The position numbers and the translations under genes were made by a program. From positions 1-14,286 of the forward strand of contig CBFGIY010000062.1 in assembly GCA_965648935.1 (NCBI GenBank): a stretch of 14,286 nt of DNA, read 5' to 3'. The notes under the pieces are model-generated. The model did not search any database. It saw only the letters and a program-made list of their open reading frames with translations, and was not told the DNA's origin. Of this stretch, positions 1 to 6,490 are shown one piece after another. Each line of letters starts with the position of its first letter. Within the stretch, counting starts at the first letter, position 1. Source of the stretch: a candidate division WOR-3 bacterium. GTDB taxonomy: Bacteria > Hydrothermota > Tepidihabitantia > Tepidihabitantales > Tepidihabitantaceae.

Positions 1-2484
1 CAGACCTACGCCGCTCTTCAGGCGTACAACTCGCTACCGTTCCACCGCTCGGAGCAACACACTTGGTTCGCCTTCACCGGACGGTACATGCCGGACTTCA
101 CGCAGAGAGAGCCACCGCTGAACAACAATGTGCCGACCGGCTACGCTTGGTGGGGTATCACCGACACCACCGTTCAGTTTGGTATGCGACCATCGGCATA
201 CGCTTTCCAGCAGCTCGCGTCCGCGACACGCGACGGCGAGTTCAATGATTGGACGATGCCCCCGGAGACACCGGGTGACCACCTTTCGCGAGCCACGGAG
301 TACAGTGACAGCTCCCACCAGAGATTTTGGGTCGCATGGGTGTCCGAGAACAGCCCAGCATTCCTGGATACTCTTCGGGTGCCGGCTCGAACGGATAGCG
401 TGGATGTCATTAGAGCTGCGTACGACAACTCGCCGCCGCATGTGACCGTGTCAGTGCAGACTGACGGATGGCTCCCCATAGAGTTTGGTCGTCGGCCAGC
501 CATCATTCGTGAACGGGGAACTCCAAGACGTCCCGACCTGATGGTCGACAGCGTCTGGACCGTGCCCGCTGTCGTGCAGAAGGACCGGCCGGTGCAGGTC
601 TGGGCGCGGGTGAAGAACGTCGGCAACGACTCGACGCACACGCACATTCCAGAGGGCGGCTATCCCGCGACGTTCGTCCGATTCGCGGTCAACGGTGAGT
701 CGGTCGATTGCCGGCAGTACTGCCAGGGCATCAAACCAGAGAGCAGTGCAGTCATCGGCCCCGCCACGTGGACCCCCGCAGGAGCCGGACCGGCTCTGCT
801 TGAGGCCAAGGTGAACTCGCAGCAGTCATACGTCGAACTTGGGTTCGACGACAACGCGGGCTACCTGAGCAAGGTCGTCCGCCGGCCGCCATCCGGTGAC
901 ATCAATCCGGTCACGGTCGACGGCCGGATCTGCGTCCCGCGAGTGATTCTCAACTTGTCGAGCACGAGCTGGGAGGCGGACACAGCGGGCCAGACCGACG
1001 CGGATTCGATGCAGCTACTCGAAGCGGTCTTCTTGACCAGCGACACCTTGCCGGACACCATCATCGCCAGCGGGTGGTTTGGGGCCAAGGCCTGCACGAC
1101 GTGGCAGTTCCTGGCGGGCGAGTCGAGGTACAAGCTGGGCCTGCGTGCCTCGGACGACTGCATCAACATCAGCGATACCGCGTGGTCTGACTTCGTCGTG
1201 TTCGACTCGACCCCGCTGGCGGTGAGTGTCTTGCTCAACTCCGGCGATGCGTTCACCACTGGCCAGACTGCGCTGGCAAGCTGGGCCGGGACCGACAGTC
1301 TGTCGCCGGCCTGCTCGGTCCGGCTGGGCAACGTGCCGATTGAGAACGTCGTACCCGGTGCCGGCTTCGGGGCCCCCGACACGCTCTGGCGGTATTCCTC
1401 GGGCCAGACTGACGGCGCGTCAGGAATGGCCCGGCTGACGCTGGGCGCAGGCGAAGCCTGGGCCTGGACCGTTGTCCCGGGTTCCTCGGTCAGCCCGTTT
1501 CTGGGCAAGACCGTCCGGCTCTCAGCCGACCTGTTGCAGGTCACGACCGACACCCTGGGCGGCAGTGCGGGCCGGCTGGAGTTTGGCTACCTCTACGAAT
1601 GCACGCTGCCGGACTCGGTCGACACGATGCAGATGATGGTGGACCAGGTCGAGATACCGCTGGGCACGGCCGCGCTCATCGGGCCGGACCGGCTTGAGAA
1701 GCGCTTCACCTGCCCGACCCCGCAGACGGTAGCCAACTACGAGTGGATAGCCGGCTACGTGCGCTGCCAAGTCGACGGGCTGAGCGGAGTCGGCACGCTC
1801 TGGCTGGACAACTTCCGGCTTGAACGCATCGGGCCGGACGAGGACTGCTCGGGGTGGCTGACGCCCGACTCGGTCCAACCGTGGACCCTCTCATCCGGCG
1901 ACGGCCGCAAGGCGGTCTGGCTGGCGGTGCAGGACGTGACCGGCAACGAGACGCGGGTCGAGACCTGCGACACCATCAACTTTGACCAGACTCCACCCAT
2001 CGCGCTGGTGTCTGAGCCAACCGAGGGAAGCAAGGTCAACGGCGAGTTCAAGCTGCTCGGGGCGGCCTATGACCCGCTCACGGGACAGGGCCAGGACTGG
2101 TTTGAGTCCTACCGGCTGGAGTTCCGGCACGTCGAGGCAGAGGAATGGACCGCGGTCGAGCCGCAATCGGAGTTCTTCGAGCCGGCCGTGCCCTACTGGG
2201 ACTCGACCATCATCCCGGTCTGGTATCCTGCTGACCTCGGCTACTGGAACACCGAGGGTCTTGTAGACGGCGAGTACTACGTCCGGCTGACCGTCACCGA
2301 CTCGGCCGGCAACCAGTCGCAGGACGTGACCTGGTACGGTGTTGCCAACGGGGACGGCGGGGACTTTGAGTACGATGCCTCCGGCCCGGACGGCGGCGGG
2401 TCAGCATCCGGCTCTACGACGCGGCGGGCCGGCAGTGCGCCAACCTGGCTGACTGCCGGCAGAAGGCGGGCTGGTATCACCTGA
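1..2484 (+). CDS. Large secreted multidomain protein, 5'-partial: probable end of a clan GH-A-like glycoside hydrolase barrel, CARDB domain, Ig-like domains with an inserted CBM-like jelly-roll; C-terminus disrupted near 2400
   Basis: Frame 1 is open from base 1 (QTYAALQAYNSL...). WWGITD...RPSAYAFQQLA resembles the last strand/helix of GH5/GH39-type barrels (tentative). CARDB pattern PDLMVDSV...VWARVKNVG...VRFAVNG...ELGFDDN at ~532-885. Ig-like motifs FDSTP, WTLSSGDGRKAVWLAVQDVTGN, FDQTPP, WNTEGLVDGEYYVRLTVTDSAGN. The last ~28 codons look out of frame. Confidence 0.8.
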   Translation, partial: QTYAALQAYNSLPFHRSEQHTWFAFTGRYMPDFTQREPPLNNNVPTGYAWWGITDTTVQFGMRPSAYAFQQLASATRDGEFNDWTMPPETPGDHLSRATEYSDSSHQRFWVAWVSENSPAFLDTLRVPARTDSVDVIRAAYDNSPPHVTVSVQTDGWLPIEFGRRPAIIRERGTPRRPDLMVDSVWTVPAVVQKDRPVQVWARVKNVGNDSTHTHIPEGGYPATFVRFAVNGESVDCRQYCQGIKPESSAVIGPATWTPAGAGPALLEAKVNSQQSYVELGFDDNAGYLSKVVRRPPSGDINPVTVDGRICVPRVILNLSSTSWEADTAGQTDADSMQLLEAVFLTSDTLPDTIIASGWFGAKACTTWQFLAGESRYKLGLRASDDCINISDTAWSDFVVFDSTPLAVSVLLNSGDAFTTGQTALASWAGTDSLSPACSVRLGNVPIENVVPGAGFGAPDTLWRYSSGQTDGASGMARLTLGAGEAWAWTVVPGSSVSPFLGKTVRLSADLLQVTTDTLGGSAGRLEFGYLYECTLPDSVDTMQMMVDQVEIPLGTAALIGPDRLEKRFTCPTPQTVANYEWIAGYVRCQVDGLSGVGTLWLDNFRLERIGPDEDCSGWLTPDSVQPWTLSSGDGRKAVWLAVQDVTGNETRVETCDTINFDQTPPIALVSEPTEGSKVNGEFKLLGAAYDPLTGQGQDWFESYRLEFRHVEAEEWTAVEPQSEFFEPAVPYWDSTIIPVWYPADLGYWNTEGLVDGEYYVRLTVTDSAGNQSQDVTWYGVANGDGGDFEYDASGPDGGGSASGSTTRRAGSAPTWLTAGRRRAGIT

Positions 2485-2591
2485 CCTGGGACGGCACAGG
2501 CAACGGCCGCGCGCTCCCGGCCGGGGTGTACTTCATCCAACTGACTACCGACAGCGGCAGAGTGCAGAAGAAACTGGTGAGGACAGAGTAG
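2400..2591 (+). pseudogene. Out-of-frame C-terminal FlgD-Ig-like (T9SS-CTD-like) domain fragment belonging to the upstream gene
   Basis: Frame 3 reads VSIRLYDAAGRQCANLADCRQKAGWYHLTWDGTGNGRALPAGVYFIQLTTDSGRVQKKLVRTE*, matching the intact paralogous tail at 7842-8100 (VNVQVYDQSGRVVRELVNDDRRPGFYTITWDAQDNAGRRVPAGVYFYEL). Frame 3 is closed upstream by TGA at 2367 and no start codon precedes the domain. Confidence 0.85.
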
Positions 2592-2650
2592 GCCGAGGCA
2601 GTCGGCGCGGCCGAGGCCGAGGCAAGAGCCGGGCCCGAATCGAACCGGCG

Positions 2651-2914
2651 ACTGCTCTTGGCACTGAACGTTGTTCTTAACGGATTACTGAGAACTGAGT
2701 TGAAGCTGCGATTGGGCCGCGCGCTGGCCGCGACGCTGAGGAGCGGGCTCAAGTTCGCGTTTGATGGACACTTGACGGCGTGACTCGAACGGGAGCTTAA
2801 GTTGAAGCTGTAACCGGCGTTCAAACGGCAGCTTGCCCTTGTGCTGGCCGATTCGGTCGCCAGCGCGTTTGCCGTCACATTGTCCGCCTGAGCCACCGGG
2901 GGAGTCACTCCCCC
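2651..2914. repeat. Degenerate 12-bp-period tandem array (about 22 units, core RYTBR) ending in the dyad GGGGGAGT-C-ACTCCCCC
   Basis: Cut in 12-mers from 2651, 20 consecutive units have T at position 3 (20/20), purine at 1 (18/20), pyrimidine at 2 (19/20), purine at 5 (17/20) and never A at 4; positions 8-12 vary. The dyad at 2898-2914 is in the same phase. Confidence 0.85.
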
Positions 2915-2933
2915 CACAACCGGTAGTATGACG

Positions 2934-2970
2934 TGCCGCCCGCCGCTACCACTAATAGTAGCGGCCGGCA
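2934..2970. other. Inverted repeat / stem-loop between the 12-bp array and the arcC promoter
   Basis: TGCCG-(CCC bulge)-GCCGCTAC-[CACTAATA]-GTAGCGGC-CGGCA gives 5+8 bp of pairing; no U-tract on either strand. Confidence 0.55.
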
Positions 2971-3031
2971 TCGCGAAAGCCGTGCGTGTGGTGTCCATCG
3001 GTAGAGTGGAGCAGGCAGATTCAGCCCCGGT

Positions 3032-3060
3032 TTGACGGGTGCGCGGCTGCGACCTATCAT
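3032..3060 (+). promoter_or_regulatory. Sigma70-type promoter for the arcC operon, probably leaderless
   Basis: TTGACG (3032-3037), 17-nt spacer, TATCAT (3055-3060), 8 nt, ATG at 3069; no Shine-Dalgarno. Confidence 0.75.
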
Positions 3061-3068
3061 TATTTTCC

Positions 3069-4007
3069 ATGAAGCCCAGAGCAGTGCTGGCAATCGGCGG
3101 CAATTCGCTGATTCGCACCAAGGACAAGAGCTCGTTCGCGGACCAGTTCGCCACGGTCGCGGAAACGAGCCGCCACATCGCCGACCTCGTGGAGTCGGGC
3201 AGTGAGGTCGTGGTGACGCACGGCAACGGGCCTCAGGTCGGGTTCCTGCTCCTGCGCTCTCACCTTTCGCGCAACCGCCTGCCCGAAATCCCGCTCGACG
3301 CCTGCAACGCGTTGACCCAGGCTGAGGTCGGCTACATGATTCAGCAGGCGCTGGGCAACGAGTTTGCCCGGCGCGGAGTCCGAAAGAGCGTGGTCACCGT
3401 CGTGACCCAGGTCGTAGTTGACGCTTCCGATCCGGCATTCCAGTCGCCGTCCAAGCCGGTCGGGCCGTTCTACACCAAGGCCGAGGCGAACCGGCTGACC
3501 CGCGAACTGGGCTGGGCCGTGCGCGAGGATGCGGGCCGGGGCTTTCGCCGGATGGTCGCATCGCCGCGGCCGGTCGAGGTGGTCGAGCAAGCCGACATCG
3601 AGCGGCTGGTAGAAGCCGGGGCGGTGGTCGTCGCGTGCGGCGGCGGCGGCATACCGGTCGTCCGCGAGAACGGCGCGCTGAACGGCGTGCCCGCGGTCAT
3701 CGACAAGGACCTCGCCTCAAGCCTGCTCGCCGGCGCGATCCAGGCCGAACGGCTGGTCATCACGACCGCGGTCGATGCGGTCTACCTCAACTGGGGTCAG
3801 AGAGACCAGCAAGCGCTGGGCCGGGTGAGCGCGGCCGAGATGCGGCGCCACGCGGCCGCGGGCCAGTTTCCCGGCGGCAGCATGGGGCCGAAGGTCGAAG
3901 CCGCGCTGGACTTCATCGAGCGCGGCGGCAGGGAAGTGCTGATAACCGACCCAGAGCACCTGAGCGCGGCGCTGTCAGGCACGGCCGGGACGGTCATCAC
4001 GAAGTGA
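3069..4007 (+). CDS. arcC: Carbamate kinase
   Basis: Motifs AIGGNSL, THGNGPQVG, DPAFQSPSKPVGPFY, EDAGRGFRRMVASPRP, GGGGIPV, AVIDKD, GSMGPKVEAA. Start moved from GTG 3039 (inside the promoter spacer) to ATG 3069. Confidence 0.96.
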   Translation: MKPRAVLAIGGNSLIRTKDKSSFADQFATVAETSRHIADLVESGSEVVVTHGNGPQVGFLLLRSHLSRNRLPEIPLDACNALTQAEVGYMIQQALGNEFARRGVRKSVVTVVTQVVVDASDPAFQSPSKPVGPFYTKAEANRLTRELGWAVREDAGRGFRRMVASPRPVEVVEQADIERLVEAGAVVVACGGGGIPVVRENGALNGVPAVIDKDLASSLLAGAIQAERLVITTAVDAVYLNWGQRDQQALGRVSAAEMRRHAAAGQFPGGSMGPKVEAALDFIERGGREVLITDPEHLSAALSGTAGTVITK

Positions 4008-5293
4008 TCTCAGAAGCCAGACCTGAGGGCGGCACGCTGAGCGCGAAGCGCAGAATCGCGCTGGCGATGCTGGTCCTGGCCGGGATCGTGTTCGGGCAGG
4101 ACATGATCCTCATCCCGATGGACCTGACCCAGTCAGACCACCTCAAATCCTATGGCGTGGCCCACCGCCTGCTCCAGCGCGGCGGCCAGGTCGAATGGCT
4201 GCTCAACTACCGCGGCGGCTCGTTCCTGTTCCGGGGCGACGCGGCGACCGTGACCGACTGCCGGCTCAGCGGCGTGAGCTACCAGCCGCTCTCGCCCGGC
4301 GACGTCGTGGCAATCCGCGCGACCATCGAGGCGAACAATATGGAGTCGGTCGTCCTTGAACGGGCGACCCGGCTCGCGGTGTACGCGCCGCCGACCTCTG
4401 ACCCGTGGGACGACGCGGTGCGGCTGGTCCTGGACTACGCCGGAATCAAGTACGATATCATCTGGGACGACGAGGTCCTGGCCGGCAGGCTCAAGGGGTA
4501 CGACTGGGTCCACCTGCACCACGAGGACTTCACCGGCCAGTTCGGCAAGTTCTACGCCGGTTACCGGCAGGAAAAGTGGTACCAGGAGGAAGTCGCGATC
4601 AGCCTGGCCTCGGCGGCAAGGCACGGGTTCGCCAAGGTCAGCCGGCTGAAGCTGGCGATTGTCGAGCTCATCCGGCGCTACGTCGCGGAAGGCGGGATGC
4701 TCTTCGCGATGTGCTCGGCGACCGACACGCCCGACATCGCCTGGGCCGCGCGCAACACCGATATCTGCGCCGCGGTGTTCGACGGCGATCCGGTTGACCC
4801 GAACTACGCGGCCAAGCTGGACTACGAAGGCTGCCTCGCGTTCGAGAACTTCACGGTCGTCACCGACCCGCTGGTCTACGAGCATTCCGACATCGACACC
4901 TACCTCGAGGCGACCGCGCGCGGCCCCGAGGTGTACAACTCGCTCTTCGACTTCTCGGCCAAGTACGACCCGGTGCCGACGATGCTGGTACAGAACCACG
5001 TCGCGCTTTTCAAGGAATTCCTCGGCCAGAACTGCGGGTTCCGGCGGACGCGGCTGAAAAAGGACGTGCTGGTGCTGGCCGAGCTGGTCAATACCGAGCA
5101 GGTGAAGTACATCCACGGCAGGCACGGCACCGGCACTTTCACGTTCCTCGGCGGCCACGACCCCGAGGACTACGCCCACCGCATCGGCGACAAGCCGACC
5201 GAACCGGCACTGCACAAGAACTCGCCCGGGTACCGTCTGATACTCAACAACGTGCTCTTCCCCGCGGCCGAGAAGAAGAAGCTCAAGACTTGA
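4004..5293 (+). CDS. Conserved exported protein with class I glutamine amidotransferase-like region (family often labelled 'asparagine synthetase B' in Bacteroidota-type annotations; real function unknown)
   Basis: Motifs ILIPMD..Q..HLKSYG, WLLNYRGGSF, PWDDAV, YDWVHLHHEDFTGQFGKFY, GGMLFAMCSATDT, FSAKYDPVPTML, GGHDPEDY.H, NSPGYRLILNNVLFPAA. Signal-peptide-like KRRIALAMLVLAGIVFG. Start uncertain: GTG 4004 overlaps the arcC stop (GTGA); CTG 4037 is an alternative. Confidence 0.85.
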   Translation: MISEARPEGGTLSAKRRIALAMLVLAGIVFGQDMILIPMDLTQSDHLKSYGVAHRLLQRGGQVEWLLNYRGGSFLFRGDAATVTDCRLSGVSYQPLSPGDVVAIRATIEANNMESVVLERATRLAVYAPPTSDPWDDAVRLVLDYAGIKYDIIWDDEVLAGRLKGYDWVHLHHEDFTGQFGKFYAGYRQEKWYQEEVAISLASAARHGFAKVSRLKLAIVELIRRYVAEGGMLFAMCSATDTPDIAWAARNTDICAAVFDGDPVDPNYAAKLDYEGCLAFENFTVVTDPLVYEHSDIDTYLEATARGPEVYNSLFDFSAKYDPVPTMLVQNHVALFKEFLGQNCGFRRTRLKKDVLVLAELVNTEQVKYIHGRHGTGTFTFLGGHDPEDYAHRIGDKPTEPALHKNSPGYRLILNNVLFPAAEKKKLKT

Positions 5294-5347
5294 CCAGGCG
5301 CAAACCAGAGTGAGAAACGCGGGGAGCGAAGCGCAGGACGGGCCGGC

Positions 5348-6214
5348 GTGAAGTCGCACCCTGACTGCTTCGACTGCGCGGTCAGGCAGTGCCGCAAGAT
5401 AGCCGCGCTCGCCGGCGGCGACTCGGCGGTCGCGGACCGCGTGGCCGCCTATGTTTCGGTCGGCGCGCGCAGCCTGAGCCTTGACGAACCGCCCTCCACG
5501 TATACGTCGCATTTCCTGCTCGCCGCGATGGGTCTGTTGGACGAGCCGGACCCGTTCGCCGCGCTCAAGGCGGACCAGAACCGGGCCGCGGCTGACACGG
5601 CCGGGCGGCTTGACCGCGAACTGGACAGGACGTCCGAGCCCCTGAAGGCGGCGCTGGAACTCGCCGCGGCCGGCAACGTGCTCGACTCGGGCCCGCGACA
5701 GGAGTTCAGCCTCGATGAGGCGCTGGCTGAATCGGCGTTCGCGCGCGACGACTCGGCGCGCCTGGTCGCAACGCTGGCGCACGCGCGGAGTGTGATGTAT
5801 ATCCTCGACAACGCCGGCGAGGTGATGTTTGACCGGCTGGTGCTCAAACGACTGCCCCGCGCCGTGCTCACCATCGTCGCGCGCAGCTCGCCGATACTCA
5901 ACGACGTGACGGTGGACGAGGCGCGGAGTCTCGGGCTGGAGGAGTTCGGCCGGCTCATCGGCACCGGCTCGCCCTGCCTCGGCATCGACTTCCGAACCGT
6001 GTCGGACGAGTTCAGGGCGGCCTACGCCGAAGCCGATGTGGTCATCGCCAAGGGCCACGCCAACTTCGAGTCGCTGGTCGACGACGGCCGCGACGGCTGG
6101 TACATTCTCAAGGCCAAGTGCGTGCACGTGGCCGGCAGGTTGGGCGTCGGACTCGGGCAGTCGGTGTGCGTGTACTCCGCGGGCAAGGGACCAGAATGCA
6201 GGGAACAAGGCTGA
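5348..6214 (+). CDS. DUF89 / ARMT1-like damage-control metal-dependent phosphatase
   Basis: N-terminal CxxC (DCFDC), AAGNVLD, LDNAGEVMFD, PILNDVT, IAKGHANFESL, LKAKC; 288 aa. Confidence 0.92.
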   Translation: MKSHPDCFDCAVRQCRKIAALAGGDSAVADRVAAYVSVGARSLSLDEPPSTYTSHFLLAAMGLLDEPDPFAALKADQNRAAADTAGRLDRELDRTSEPLKAALELAAAGNVLDSGPRQEFSLDEALAESAFARDDSARLVATLAHARSVMYILDNAGEVMFDRLVLKRLPRAVLTIVARSSPILNDVTVDEARSLGLEEFGRLIGTGSPCLGIDFRTVSDEFRAAYAEADVVIAKGHANFESLVDDGRDGWYILKAKCVHVAGRLGVGLGQSVCVYSAGKGPECREQG

Positions 6215-6235
6215 GGAGAGAAAGGACCAGCTGAC

Positions 6236-6490
6236 ATGTGCCTGGCAATACCGACGCGGATAGTGTCCATCAAGGGCGACATGGCCGTGGGCGAGGTCGG
6301 CGGGGTCGAGCGCGACATCTCCATAATGATGACCCCCGACGTGAAGGTCGGTGACTACGTCATCGTCCACGCCGGGTTCGCCATCCAGACCATCGACAAG
6401 ACCGAGGCGCAAGAGAACCTCGGCATCCTGCGCCGGATGGCTGAAGCGGTCGAAGAGAAGAAGGCCGAAGTCCGGCGCCGCCGCGGCTAG
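6236..6490 (+). CDS. hypC: [NiFe]-hydrogenase maturation chaperone HypC/HupF/HybG family
   Basis: MCLAIP N-terminus, VGDYVIVHAGFAI, 84 aa, AAGGA SD-like sequence upstream. Stop overlaps the convergent degT stop (CTAG 6487-6490). Confidence 0.96.
   Translation: MCLAIPTRIVSIKGDMAVGEVGGVERDISIMMTPDVKVGDYVIVHAGFAIQTIDKTEAQENLGILRRMAEAVEEKKAEVRRRRG

Noticed and set aside
2632..2652. Minus-strand GCCGGTTCGATTCGGGC resembling a tRNA T-arm (possible tRNA or att remnant)
   Set aside because: Stem has a G-G mismatch; no acceptor stem, D-arm, anticodon arm or CCA, and no integrase nearby.
2651..2914. CRISPR or TIGR array interpretation of the periodic tract
   Set aside because: Conserved part is only ~5-7 degenerate bases with period 12; no identical long repeats, no 36-nt dual-repeat units, no cas or Nop-domain gene in the window.
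2477..3226. 249-aa minus-strand ORF as a full gene
   Set aside because: Overlaps arcC, its promoter and the FlgD fragment in antisense; no recognisable domain. Only its central periodic part is kept as an open question.
3635..4003. N-terminal extension of the 552-aa ORF
   Set aside because: Arg/Gly-rich off-frame read of arcC; family similarity and signal peptide begin only after 4004.
4004..5293. asnB gene symbol
   Set aside because: Lacks the Ntn cysteine and ATP pyrophosphatase motif of asparagine synthetase B and carries a signal-like peptide.
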